A stretch of DNA of 64,000 bases from Candidatus Coatesbacteria bacterium (GCA_016927185.1 JAFGND010000006.1:1-64000), one strand, 5' to 3'; shown: positions 1 through 10,199, counted from the stretch's first letter. Numbers and translations: made by a program. Notes: generated from the letters alone by a model not told the origin.

Positions 1-112
1 ATCTGGCAGCAAGGAAAGCCTTATAGAGGTAAATCTTGGGTATTGAAACAGTTTAAATGTTGACAAAAACCTTTATGCAATCGGAAGCGTTGATATTGCA
101 ATTAATTGATTG

Positions 113-1633
113 ATGATGAAAATATTGTTTTTGTATCCCAAGACCATTTTCCAGACGTGGCCACTTGCTACGGATCTTTCAAGATTTGTGTACAGGTATC
201 CTGCAGTTACTTTCCCGCTTTTTGCTTCAACCGTAAGCAAGGAAAATGAAGTAAGGATATATGATGATGTTGTTGACAACTCATCAATGAAAGAATACAA
301 GAAAATCCTTGAATGGGCAGACATTATTGCAATAAGCCTACAATCTGCAAAATTACTTCTTAACTGCCAGATAACTCTCAAGCTAATAAGGAAGATAAAT
401 CCTGATGCAAAAACCATAATTGGCGGACAGCATCCATCCTTGAACTTTGACTTCTGGAAAGACAGGATTGGAAACGAGGTTGATATCCTCGTATGCGGAG
501 AAGCTGATTTCACTTTTCCAAGAATTGTGAAAGCAATAAAAGGAATGGACAACCTGGAAGAAATTCCTGGAGTAAGTTTCAGGAAAAATGGTGAACTGAT
601 AACCTCACCTCCTCCAATTCCAGTAGATGATCTGGATAAAACCCCTTTCCCTGACTGGACTAAAAGCAGGATAGATAAATATGCATTAAGGTTTTATCCG
701 AAGAGGGTTTTATGTGGATCAGTTGAAAGTTCCAGAGGTTGCAAGAATGCCTGTACTTTTTGCGGTACAAGCAAGATGTGGGACCATAAACAGAGATTCA
801 AATCAGCAGAAAGGGTACTTGAAGAAATTGATATACTTGTCAAGATGGGAATTAAAGAGCTTTCTTATGTTGATGATAATTTCGGAGGAGATGTTGAAAG
901 AGATACTGAAATCTGTAAAAAAATTATAGAGAGAAACTACAATATCAAATGGTGGTGTTTCATGAGGGCAGATACTGTTCTCAAAAATCCTGAATTCATA
1001 GAAATTGCAGGGAAAAGTGGTTTCTCACAGGTGGTTATGGGTTTTGAAAGCCTTGCTCCCTCAAGACTTAAGAAGTTCAAGAAAGGATATGATAAGGAAT
1101 TATCTATAGAGCAATATCTCACTGTATACCAAAGACTTAGGAAAGCAGGTACTTTTGTAATAGGACAGTTCATAATTGGCGGAATTAATGAAACAGAAGA
1201 AGAACTGAAAACTACGCTAGAGAATTGCCATCTTGTATGTGATTGTCCTACGGTCAATTACTTTGAACCTGTTGCGGGAACAGAAGATTCACGTAAACTG
1301 ATAGAAAGTCATAATCTTGATATGATTGAGATACATTATAGTATAAGAGAAATCAGTTCACTAATAGAATCGCATATAAGCAAGGATTTCTACAAATTCA
1401 ATATAATGAATTACCTTTCACCAAGAAGTCTGGGTAAATTCTTTTCTTCTGACATAGTTATAAGAAACTATTACCGAAGCATTTACAGATCAGTATTCAA
1501 GAATTTGACTGCCCTTAATCCTGAAAGATTAAGGGATTATTTCATAATTCATAACAAGAAGTTGAATACGAAAGAAAAGATAGAAAAAATAAGATCTTTA
1601 TATTTATCAGATGGTTTTATTGAATCATTGTAA
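113..1633 (+). CDS. Cobalamin-binding radical SAM protein (class B methyltransferase-like)
   Basis: N-terminal B12-binding-like region (IIGGQHPS, DILVCGEAD); CxxxCxxC motif in SRGCKNACTFC; YVDDNF and MGFES motifs. Start is ATG 113 or 116 (the track uses TTG 110). Confidence 0.9.
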   Translation: MMKILFLYPKTIFQTWPLATDLSRFVYRYPAVTFPLFASTVSKENEVRIYDDVVDNSSMKEYKKILEWADIIAISLQSAKLLLNCQITLKLIRKINPDAKTIIGGQHPSLNFDFWKDRIGNEVDILVCGEADFTFPRIVKAIKGMDNLEEIPGVSFRKNGELITSPPPIPVDDLDKTPFPDWTKSRIDKYALRFYPKRVLCGSVESSRGCKNACTFCGTSKMWDHKQRFKSAERVLEEIDILVKMGIKELSYVDDNFGGDVERDTEICKKIIERNYNIKWWCFMRADTVLKNPEFIEIAGKSGFSQVVMGFESLAPSRLKKFKKGYDKELSIEQYLTVYQRLRKAGTFVIGQFIIGGINETEEELKTTLENCHLVCDCPTVNYFEPVAGTEDSRKLIESHNLDMIEIHYSIREISSLIESHISKDFYKFNIMNYLSPRSLGKFFSSDIVIRNYYRSIYRSVFKNLTALNPERLRDYFIIHNKKLNTKEKIEKIRSLYLSDGFIESL

Positions 1634-2656
1634 ATGGCAGAAATATCAATAATTATCCCAGTAAAGAATGGTTCCTCAACAATTGCCAGGTGCATTGACA
1701 GGCTCTATGAATCAACAGTCAAGGATATCGAGATTGTCGTTGTGGACGATTGTTCAACTGACAATACAATAGAAATTCTTGAAAAATACCCAGTAAAAAT
1801 TGTCAGACTCCCTGAAAGCAAGGGACCCTCTTATGCAAGAAACAGGGGAGTTGAAGCAGCAACAAGCAAATATGTTTTTCTGATAGATTCTGATATACTG
1901 GTGAAGAAAGATACACTCGAGATTATCCTTGATACTTACAGAAACAATCCTGAAGCAGATGCAGTGCAGGGAATTGTTTCTCCTGAAAATGATGGATATG
2001 AGAATATCTACAATAATTACCAGAATTATTATCATAATTTTGTCTTAAGCTCAATAAAAAAGAAATGGGTAAGCATAACAATATCATGTGTTCATTCTAT
2101 AAAGAGAGAAGCGTTCTTGAAAACAGAAGGCTATAATGAGCTTATACCACATGCAAGCATGGAAGATGTTGAATTCGGCTATACTCTAAGAAAGCATGAT
2201 GTACATATAATTATGAATAAGGACTTGAACATCATTCACATTCATCCCCTGACTTTCAAGACATGGTTCTGGAAGAAGTTCTTTGTAGGATATGATCATC
2301 TTAAATTCTTCCTTCGCGCAAATCTCAATGAGCTTTTCAAGCAAAGGCTAAAGGACAGGCACAAATATGAATCCCATCAGAAAACAAGTGCTTTGATAAG
2401 TCTACTTATTGCACCATTCACCTTGCTGAGTTTTCTTTTGCTTATCATTAATCCATATTATGGAGCCGGGATTGCAATTCTTACTAACATAATCTTTTTA
2501 TTGTGCAACATAAACTTCTTCAAGGTTAGCTATAAACAGAAAGGATTTTTATATACTCTCAGAATTGTTGCCCTGTGTTATATTGATATGATAACAATGC
2601 ATCTGGCTCTCTGGGTTTCGCTTTTCCATTTCATTTTTACATTAAAGAAATCATGA
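1634..2656 (+). CDS. Family 2 glycosyltransferase with C-terminal transmembrane helices
   Basis: ISIIIPVKN, VVVDDCSTD, ARNRG, LIDSD (DxD) and EDVE motifs; hydrophobic C-terminus; directly abuts the radical SAM stop (TAAATG). Confidence 0.9.
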   Translation: MAEISIIIPVKNGSSTIARCIDRLYESTVKDIEIVVVDDCSTDNTIEILEKYPVKIVRLPESKGPSYARNRGVEAATSKYVFLIDSDILVKKDTLEIILDTYRNNPEADAVQGIVSPENDGYENIYNNYQNYYHNFVLSSIKKKWVSITISCVHSIKREAFLKTEGYNELIPHASMEDVEFGYTLRKHDVHIIMNKDLNIIHIHPLTFKTWFWKKFFVGYDHLKFFLRANLNELFKQRLKDRHKYESHQKTSALISLLIAPFTLLSFLLLIINPYYGAGIAILTNIIFLLCNINFFKVSYKQKGFLYTLRIVALCYIDMITMHLALWVSLFHFIFTLKKS

Positions 2657-2730
2657 TAATCTGATATTTCAAGATTGCCTGCTGTAAGGATACTCAACAA
2701 ATGAAATGAGTGGAATTTAAAACATTTGTC

Positions 2731-2771
2731 TTGACAATTTATGCGTAATACTTTTATAGATTTCGTGCTAC
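2731..2771 (+). promoter_or_regulatory. nikR promoter with candidate NikR operator
   Basis: TTGACA at 2731-2736; TATAGA at 2755-2760; imperfect inverted repeat GTAATAC-N13-GTGCTAC at 2745-2771, ending just before the ATG at 2773. Confidence 0.6.
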
Positions 2772-2772
2772 T

Positions 2773-3171
2773 ATGCTTGAGAGAATAGGAATATCAATAC
2801 CAGAAGAGCTTCTGTCAGCTTTTGATGAATATATCAAGAAGCACAAATATGAAGCTCGCTCTGAAGCAGTGAGGGATATGATAAGACAGACCTTGCTGAA
2901 TGAGAGGGTTGAACAGGATGATGAAAATGCAATAGGAGTGCTTGTCATCATTTATGATCACGAGAAAAGGGATATTTCAAGCAAGTTGATACATCATCAG
3001 CATGAGCATGTGAATTTCATACTTTCTACATTACATATACATCTTGATAAGCACAACTGCCTTGAGCTGATAGTTTTGAAAGGACTGATCAAGGATATAA
3101 ATGAAATTGCTGATGAAATAATATCATCAAAAGGCGTAGTTTTCGGACAACTCGTAAAATCGGGTATTTAA
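2773..3171 (+). CDS. nikR: Nickel-responsive regulator NikR
   Basis: Ribbon-helix-helix N-terminus (RIGISIP...RSEAVRDMIR); Ni-binding residues HQH...HIHLDKHNCLE. Confidence 0.95.
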   Translation: MLERIGISIPEELLSAFDEYIKKHKYEARSEAVRDMIRQTLLNERVEQDDENAIGVLVIIYDHEKRDISSKLIHHQHEHVNFILSTLHIHLDKHNCLELIVLKGLIKDINEIADEIISSKGVVFGQLVKSGI

Positions 3172-3186
3172 AGAAGGGAGACAATC

Positions 3187-4140
3187 ATGCACATGGCTGA
3201 TGCCTTGATATCACCAGAAGTGGGGATTACATTTACCGTTATTTCAACCGCTGCAATTGCTTACTCAATCAAGAAGCTTAAGGATAAACCAGTTTCCCCT
3301 GCAATGATGGGTGTCATGGGTGCATTTGTCTTTGCAGCACAAATGATTAATTATCCAATAATTGGTACTGGATCATCAGGACATATTGGAGGTGGAATTA
3401 TACTTGCAATGATTTTAGGACCTTATGCAGCATTGATTGCAATGACAGCAATATTGTCTGTACAGGCTTTCTTCTTTGCCGATGGAGGATTGCTTGCTCT
3501 GGGCTGTAATATCTTCAATATGGGAGTAATCCCTGCCTTGTTTGTTTATCCGCTTATTTCGAAATATCTTAAAAATAAGTATCTTGTTATCCCTGCCATA
3601 ATTATCGCTCTGGAAGCTGGTGCATCAATGGTCTGCCTCCAGACATTTCTGTCAGGAAGATTCTCAATACCATCAACCACATTCATTCTCTTGATGCTTG
3701 GTATTCATTTACCTATAGCGATAATTGAAGGGATTATAACTGCTGGGGTTTTGGCATTAATAGAGAAAATCAAGCCTGGTGATTTGAAAATAAGCGAACC
3801 AGGCACTAGAACAATAATTCCCTTGCTTGTGCTTTCTATAATCACTGGAACGGTAATTGCATGGTTTGCCTCAACTTCACCTGATGGACTGGAATGGACA
3901 CTTGAAAAAATAAAAATAGAGGAAAAGAGTCACTCAGGAGGAATTGCTGAATATCTTTCATCATTTCAGGAAAAAACCTCATTCTTGCCGGACTATAATT
4001 TCCAGAATGCTGAGGAAACAAACTGGGGACAACCTGTGTTTGGTACTTCTGTTTCAGGAATAGCAGGAATTGCAATAGTGTTAGTAATAGCAGGCATGAT
4101 TTCTTATATAATGGGGAGATTACAGCGAAAACAAGAATGA
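3187..4140 (+). CDS. nikMN: ECF-type Ni/Co transporter substrate component NikM/CbiM fused to a PDGLE (NikN-like) domain
   Basis: N-terminal MHMAD; GSSGHIGG; QAFFFADGG; C-terminal ASTSPDGLEW. Confidence 0.88.
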   Translation: MHMADALISPEVGITFTVISTAAIAYSIKKLKDKPVSPAMMGVMGAFVFAAQMINYPIIGTGSSGHIGGGIILAMILGPYAALIAMTAILSVQAFFFADGGLLALGCNIFNMGVIPALFVYPLISKYLKNKYLVIPAIIIALEAGASMVCLQTFLSGRFSIPSTTFILLMLGIHLPIAIIEGIITAGVLALIEKIKPGDLKISEPGTRTIIPLLVLSIITGTVIAWFASTSPDGLEWTLEKIKIEEKSHSGGIAEYLSSFQEKTSFLPDYNFQNAEETNWGQPVFGTSVSGIAGIAIVLVIAGMISYIMGRLQRKQE

Positions 4141-4829
4141 AACAAAATCCTGCAGTATCTTTGATAGCATTACTTGCATACATAATGATTATTGTCTCTT
4201 TCCCGAAAGGAATTGTAATATCCCTGATTTTCTTTATAATTTATCCAGCTTATTTGCTAGGAGTAAAAAAAATTGATACAATTAAAATTCTCAAGCAACT
4301 AGCACTCTCATCACTTTTTGTAATTGCAATTCTTGCTGGAGAAATATTGTATTCTCAGGAACATGTAGTTTATTCAGGAATTGTCACTACAAAAGGATTT
4401 TTAAATGCCATATCATTGTTCATTAGATACCTGCTAACAATTAGTACAACATTGATTTTTGTTAATTCTTATACGATTCTTGAAATTGCACAAGGAATGA
4501 GGTCTTTGAGAATTCCTGATAAACTAATCTATACAATATTAATACAACTCAGATTCGCAGACCTAATAAAAGAACAGGCAATCAGTTTGAATATGGCTAA
4601 AGCATTGAGAATCAAGAAAATAACCAAGGATACTTCTATCGCTTATGGCATGCTCCTGTCTCTTTTCATGAAAACTTATATCAAGGGAAACAATGTAACA
4701 CTTGCATGGGAGATGAGAGAACCTTACAGATTCTTTGACAGAAAGACTGAAATGAATATATTACAATTGATAATCTCTATAGTTTTTGTTTGCAGCTTTA
4801 TCCTTATAAGATTTTGCTTCCTTATATGA
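4137..4829 (+). CDS. nikQ: ECF transporter transmembrane component NikQ/CbiQ
   Basis: Hydrophobic protein with LRIP...LRF, ALR and EMR Arg motifs; ATGA overlap with nikMN. Confidence 0.8.
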   Translation: MKQNPAVSLIALLAYIMIIVSFPKGIVISLIFFIIYPAYLLGVKKIDTIKILKQLALSSLFVIAILAGEILYSQEHVVYSGIVTTKGFLNAISLFIRYLLTISTTLIFVNSYTILEIAQGMRSLRIPDKLIYTILIQLRFADLIKEQAISLNMAKALRIKKITKDTSIAYGMLLSLFMKTYIKGNNVTLAWEMREPYRFFDRKTEMNILQLIISIVFVCSFILIRFCFLI

Positions 4830-5530
4830 GTTTCATAAAAGCATACAAATTGACCTTTTCCTATAATGGAAACAAAAAGATTTTCGATGAAATAAGCTTC
4901 GAAATCCATAAAAACAGGAAAACTGCATTGCTTGCCCCGAATGGTGCTGGAAAAACAACTTTCGCAATGCTCCTTTTAGGATTTCTGAAACCATATTTAG
5001 GGTATTTATCATGTCTTGAGATGGAAGTACAAAAAGACAATATCAAGAAAATCAGAAACAGGACTGGATTCCTTTTCCAGGATCCTGACAGTCAATTATT
5101 TATGCCTACCGTTTTCGATGATATTGCATTAGGAAAGAAGCAGAATAATGATAATGATATTGATGTTCAAAAAGCAACAATGGATTTGATAGACTATTTT
5201 GACTTGAGGGATTTGAAGGATCTTTATCCTGGAAATCTTTCTTTAGGGCAGAAAAGGATTGTTGCTATAGCAGGAATTATTAATTCATGTGTTGATGCTA
5301 TAATCCTTGATGAACCATCAAGCCAGCTTGATGCACGTTCTATAAAGAAACAGATCGATGTACTGAAAAGAATTGAAAAAGATATGCTCATTATAAGCCA
5401 TGATATTGATTTTGTTAAGAAACTGTGCGATGATGCTGTCATAATTGACAAGGGAAAGCTTGTTGCAGAAGGACCTGTAAAGGAAGTACTTGATGACAGA
5501 GATATGCTTGAGAAACATGGATTGATTTAA
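4826..5530 (+). CDS. nikO: ECF transporter ATPase NikO/CbiO
   Basis: Walker A PNGAGKTT, FQDPDSQLF, LSLGQ, ILDEP, SHD. Start moved to ATG 4826, which overlaps the nikQ stop. Confidence 0.9.
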   Translation: MSFIKAYKLTFSYNGNKKIFDEISFEIHKNRKTALLAPNGAGKTTFAMLLLGFLKPYLGYLSCLEMEVQKDNIKKIRNRTGFLFQDPDSQLFMPTVFDDIALGKKQNNDNDIDVQKATMDLIDYFDLRDLKDLYPGNLSLGQKRIVAIAGIINSCVDAIILDEPSSQLDARSIKKQIDVLKRIEKDMLIISHDIDFVKKLCDDAVIIDKGKLVAEGPVKEVLDDRDMLEKHGLI

Positions 5531-5967
5531 TGACAGAAGAAATTCTATATGATTATCTTTCTTCTTCTGAAGAAGAAACAATGATGCTCGGCATGGAATT
5601 TGCTGAAAGTATTTCAAAAGGGGATTTGATACTTCTGTATGGAGAGCTGGGTGCAGGAAAGACCTGTTTCATAAAAGGAATCTTGAGAGGTCTAAGAATA
5701 AATGAAATAGCCAACAGCCCTTCTTTCATAGTAGTCAGGCAGTTTGAAGACAAGATGAAAATCAATCATATTGATCTTTACAGACTCAGCTCAAGACAAA
5801 TGCTTCTTGATTATGGAATTGATGAGTATATTGATGACATTGAAGCAGTTACGCTGGTTGAATGGGCAGAGAATCTTTTACTGGATTGTTCTCCGTCTTT
5901 CAATGTTTTCATAAAAAAGCTTGACAATAATAACAGAGAGATTATTATTATAAAAAAAACTGATTAG
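5530..5967 (+). CDS. tsaE: tRNA t6A biosynthesis ATPase TsaE
   Basis: GELGAGKT, NSPSF, HIDLYRL and VEWAE motifs. Confidence 0.95.
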   Translation: MTEEILYDYLSSSEEETMMLGMEFAESISKGDLILLYGELGAGKTCFIKGILRGLRINEIANSPSFIVVRQFEDKMKINHIDLYRLSSRQMLLDYGIDEYIDDIEAVTLVEWAENLLLDCSPSFNVFIKKLDNNNREIIIIKKTD

Positions 5968-6008
5968 CGGAATTTAATTATAACCATAAGGTTGAAGTCA
6001 GGATTTTA

Positions 6009-7844
6009 ATGAATAGAAGGACTTTTCTCAAGATTTTGCCTTTTATCCCAGGGGTCTTCTATGCTTCATGCAAGACTAAAAAACTGTCTTTCAAAGTCAA
6101 TCAATCATCCAGGTTGATATTCATGGGGCTTGATGGACTTGAATGGTCTATAGTCAACAAACTGAGAAAAGAAGAACAAATGCCTAATCTTGATTTCCTT
6201 ATCAGGAACGGTGCAAGTGGTATTCTTAAAAGCTTCCAGCCAATGTACTCACCTATAATATGGACAACAATGCTAAGCGGAACCACTCCTGAACTTCATG
6301 GAATAAACAGTTTCGTGGCAAGACTGAGTGGAAGTGGAGCAAGAACTGAAACCATTCTTCCAGGATTGGACATTGATGATTATTCAGCGAAAATCAAGGT
6401 GATGTCTTGCCCAGGTTTGAAAGAGCAGAATCTCAAGATACTGTTCAATTCAAAAGAAGTAGCTTCACTTAAATTAATCCCTGAATGGATAGAATATGAT
6501 TTCAAAATACCGAAAGATGTCATAGACAGGAAAAGGAATATTCTCACTTTTGTTCACGACAATATTGCAAGAATAGAAGTCAAGGAAGAACTTAAGACAT
6601 ATTTCGAAATTATGAATACCATTACAAAGAAAGATTCTCTCGATAAGAGAGAACTTGTCGAGGAAGAATTTGCTCAGAAGGAGATAGAGAAAATATTCGG
6701 GAATGAGCCTACAATAACACTGACTGCTGCTTATGAAAAGATAAGCCTGTTTGATTCAAGGAACAACAAGTTTGAGTTCCAGTTTGGTGAGGAAAAAAAC
6801 TATACTAAGCTGCGAATTGGCTGGTATACTTCACCAAATGCAAGTTTTGATTTCCTGTGGGCAGGAAGAGACAAGATTATCCCTGTATCTTCAGCACAAA
6901 GAAAACGCCCCTTGTTATGGGAAATAATTTCATCATGTGGCGGTAGTGCTGGAAGTATAGGTTTCTGGACAACCTGGCCTGCCTCTAAAATAAATCCTTT
7001 CCTAATAACCGATAACCTTTGTTATATGAATATAATAAACAGGGATATAGACAATAGCACAAGAAATGAGGGATTAACTTATCCAAAATATCTGGCTGAA
7101 AGCCTTTCCAAATATGTCTATAACATAGAGGATATTAAAAATGATTATCTGAAAGAATACATCACTTCCAGTTCAGCTTATGAATTAGAGCAATCATATA
7201 CTCAGGATATGCACCTGCTCAAGGAAGCTCATTCATTATATCTGACTTATGGTGAAATAGCATCATTCTTGCAGCAGAAGTACCTGCCCCAGTCACTTTT
7301 TGTTTATCTCAGATCCACTGATATAGTTTCTCACTATTTCTGGGACAGCATAGAACCAGAAGCATTTAAAAATGCTAAGGAAAAACATGTTAAGGCATTT
7401 TCCAAAACCATTTATCAAATGTATATCAATGCTGATAAATTAATAGGAAGATTCTTGAAGAAATACAGGGACTATAATTTCGTAATTTGCTCTGATCACG
7501 GTTTCAGAGCTTCACCCGAAATGAAGACCAAGGGCTGGCACAAAATAGAAGGATTCATGTGCTTTCATGGAAATGATTTTCGAAAAGCTGCAAAACTTCC
7601 TGATTCAGAAATGATTGATATTACCCCTACACTGCTTCACTTGATGGGCTTGCCAAAAGCATCAGATATGAAAGGTCGTATAATTGAAGAAGCCTTCAAT
7701 CGAAAACTACTTAATGACAATAACTCCCTGGTAAAGACTGTTGCTGATCCATATTCCCTGCCAGATGGAACAAAAACTCCTTCAGAAAGTAATTATGATG
7801 AAGAGATCAAGAGAAGATTGAAGTCTCTAGGGTATATAAACTAG
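6009..7844 (+). CDS. Alkaline phosphatase superfamily / type I phosphodiesterase-like exported lipoprotein with a large insertion
   Basis: Tat-like NRRTFLK plus lipobox-like YASC; GLDG, SPIIWTT, DIVSH, SDHGF, GWH, DITPTLL and RLKSLGYI motifs. Confidence 0.85.
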   Translation: MNRRTFLKILPFIPGVFYASCKTKKLSFKVNQSSRLIFMGLDGLEWSIVNKLRKEEQMPNLDFLIRNGASGILKSFQPMYSPIIWTTMLSGTTPELHGINSFVARLSGSGARTETILPGLDIDDYSAKIKVMSCPGLKEQNLKILFNSKEVASLKLIPEWIEYDFKIPKDVIDRKRNILTFVHDNIARIEVKEELKTYFEIMNTITKKDSLDKRELVEEEFAQKEIEKIFGNEPTITLTAAYEKISLFDSRNNKFEFQFGEEKNYTKLRIGWYTSPNASFDFLWAGRDKIIPVSSAQRKRPLLWEIISSCGGSAGSIGFWTTWPASKINPFLITDNLCYMNIINRDIDNSTRNEGLTYPKYLAESLSKYVYNIEDIKNDYLKEYITSSSAYELEQSYTQDMHLLKEAHSLYLTYGEIASFLQQKYLPQSLFVYLRSTDIVSHYFWDSIEPEAFKNAKEKHVKAFSKTIYQMYINADKLIGRFLKKYRDYNFVICSDHGFRASPEMKTKGWHKIEGFMCFHGNDFRKAAKLPDSEMIDITPTLLHLMGLPKASDMKGRIIEEAFNRKLLNDNNSLVKTVADPYSLPDGTKTPSESNYDEEIKRRLKSLGYIN

Positions 7845-7853
7845 AAAAATAAT

Positions 7854-10199
7854 ATGGGAAACGATAACTGGTTCGATAATGAATACATGAAGGATCAGAA
7901 TATCCAGTCAAACAGACAGGATACATCCCCTCCCCCAAAACATTTGTTCAAAAAGATTCTAAGAACAGGAAAATGGTTACTTATTTTTCTTCTTTATCCC
8001 ATATCAATGTTCTCATTGGGAATCGGTCTGGCGGTAATAGAGGTTTACAACAAGGACTTACCAAGCCTTGAAAATCTCGATAAGGTAGAACCAATGCAGA
8101 CAACCAAAATATATGCTTTGGAGAATTCTTATGAAAAAAATGGAAGGATTGAGACAAAACCGAAACTTCTCAGAAACCTTTACATTCAGAACAGGGAAAT
8201 CTCTACGAGTGAGGAAATCCCTCAATCCATGAAAGATGCAATTGTAGCAGTGGAGGACCACAGATTCTATGAATGGTATCACTTTGGTGTTGATCCATTT
8301 GGCATGCTGAGAGCTTTGGTAAGAAATGTCAGTGGTGGAAAGGTTACAGAGGGAGCATCTTCCATAACCCAGCAATACGTAAGAAATGCCTTCTTCGGAC
8401 AGGAAAAAACCTTCTACAGGAAATTCAGGGAAATGCTTCTGGCTATAAAAATAGAGAAGGAATACAATCTTTCAAAACAGGAGATCCTTGTAAGATATCT
8501 GAACCGTATCTGGTTCGGGCATGGTGCATATGGTATCAAGAGCGCTGCAAGAGTATATTTTGACAAACCTGTTGATAAGCTTACCAAACTTGAATCTGCA
8601 ATGCTTGCCGCAATTGTCAGGAATCCTTCTGCCTATTCACCTTTCAGGCGACCGAAAAGATGTCAGGAAAGGCTGTTTCATGTACTTAGAAGAATGTATG
8701 AGACAAACAAATTGTCAAAAACTGAATACGATTATTTCCTTAATGAATTTAATACTGGAAAGCAATCCGTTCAAAATCTCACATCTCAGGGCTGGAAACG
8801 AATAGCATTTGAAGAAACTGCACCATATTTCATTGATGCTGTCAGGAATTTTTGTGTTAACAGGATAAGTTTCGAAAAAACCAGACAGTATTTACCACCG
8901 GATCAGGATGATGAGGAGATTAATGAATTATATGTTGGCGGGTACAAGATAGAAACAACTCTTGACCTTGAATTACAGAAAATTGCAGAGCAGGAAGTAG
9001 CAAAGTTTACAGAAAAATATGAACTGAAACGTAAATTCAAGCAAACTCTTGAAGACTATAAGAAAATCCCGATTACCGAAAGAAAAAATCCTGCATATAT
9101 ACAATGTGCACTTATTGCCATTGATCCAAAAACAGGTGAAGTGAAAGCAATGGTTGGAGGGAGAAATTATGAACATAGCAAATTCAACAGAGTAACGCAA
9201 GCGCATCGCCAGCCAGGTTCCTCATTCAAACCGGTTGTATATGCACTTGCTCTTGAAAAGCAATTCTCCCCTTCATTTGTCATAATGGATGACACTTTAA
9301 GGGTGGAAGATGGCAACAAGACATGGATGCCCAAGAACTACTCAAGAATGTATCAGGGACCTATGACATTAAGATATGCGATTGCACATTCAGTAAATAT
9401 TCCTGCAGTCAAGCTCGCAATGATACTTGGAATAAATGATATAAGGGACTTTGCAAGGAAGATAGGTATTCATTCCTCATTACCATATACCTACTCACTT
9501 GCACTTGGAACAGGTGAAATAACTCCACTGGAGCTTGCAGCTACTTACTGCATATTTGCCAATGGAGGAAACTATATAGAACCAGTGATGGTAAAAAGAA
9601 TTTCAGCTTATGATGGCAAGGTAATTTTTGAAGAGAATTCACCCAAAACCCAGGTGATATCACCTCAGAATGCATATATAATGCAAGGTTTGTTGAGTTC
9701 AGTTCTTGATATCGGCACTGCTAAATATGCAAGAAGGAACAAGTTCAACTGGCCTGCAGGAGGAAAAACAGGGACAACCTCTGATAATGTTGATGCATGG
9801 TTTGTTGGCTTCACACCAAAGCTGGTATGTGTAGTATGGATTGGATTTGACAAGAGAATCTCATTAGGCAGGCAGCAAACCGGTGGAGATGTATGTTTGC
9901 CATTGTGGACTTCATTCATGAAAAGGGCACACGAACAATATGAAATAGAGGATTTCAAGAAACCTCCAGGCATTGTGGAGAGAAAAATATGCAAGGATAC
10001 AGGGAAACTTGCAAGCCCTAGCTGCACATTAAGTTATAATGAACGCTTCATATCAGGTTTTGAACCAACAGAAGTCTGTGAACACGATTTAATGGGAAAA
10101 GAAGAAGAACTGCCAAGACCCGGAGAAGAAGAAGATGCAGTAATAAATGAATCTTCTCAGGAGCCCATAAAGGATGTTCCAGAAGATCTTGATGAATAA
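7854..10199 (+). CDS. mrcA: Class A penicillin-binding protein (PBP1A)
   Basis: Transglycosylase EDHRFY and GASSITQQ; transpeptidase SSFK, SVN and KTG; single N-terminal TM helix. Confidence 0.92.
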   Translation: MGNDNWFDNEYMKDQNIQSNRQDTSPPPKHLFKKILRTGKWLLIFLLYPISMFSLGIGLAVIEVYNKDLPSLENLDKVEPMQTTKIYALENSYEKNGRIETKPKLLRNLYIQNREISTSEEIPQSMKDAIVAVEDHRFYEWYHFGVDPFGMLRALVRNVSGGKVTEGASSITQQYVRNAFFGQEKTFYRKFREMLLAIKIEKEYNLSKQEILVRYLNRIWFGHGAYGIKSAARVYFDKPVDKLTKLESAMLAAIVRNPSAYSPFRRPKRCQERLFHVLRRMYETNKLSKTEYDYFLNEFNTGKQSVQNLTSQGWKRIAFEETAPYFIDAVRNFCVNRISFEKTRQYLPPDQDDEEINELYVGGYKIETTLDLELQKIAEQEVAKFTEKYELKRKFKQTLEDYKKIPITERKNPAYIQCALIAIDPKTGEVKAMVGGRNYEHSKFNRVTQAHRQPGSSFKPVVYALALEKQFSPSFVIMDDTLRVEDGNKTWMPKNYSRMYQGPMTLRYAIAHSVNIPAVKLAMILGINDIRDFARKIGIHSSLPYTYSLALGTGEITPLELAATYCIFANGGNYIEPVMVKRISAYDGKVIFEENSPKTQVISPQNAYIMQGLLSSVLDIGTAKYARRNKFNWPAGGKTGTTSDNVDAWFVGFTPKLVCVVWIGFDKRISLGRQQTGGDVCLPLWTSFMKRAHEQYEIEDFKKPPGIVERKICKDTGKLASPSCTLSYNERFISGFEPTEVCEHDLMGKEEELPRPGEEEDAVINESSQEPIKDVPEDLDE

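Noticed and set aside
2657..2772. Cobalamin riboswitch before the Ni/Co transporter
   Set aside because: The region is short and AT-rich with no B12 box; NikR control is the better explanation.
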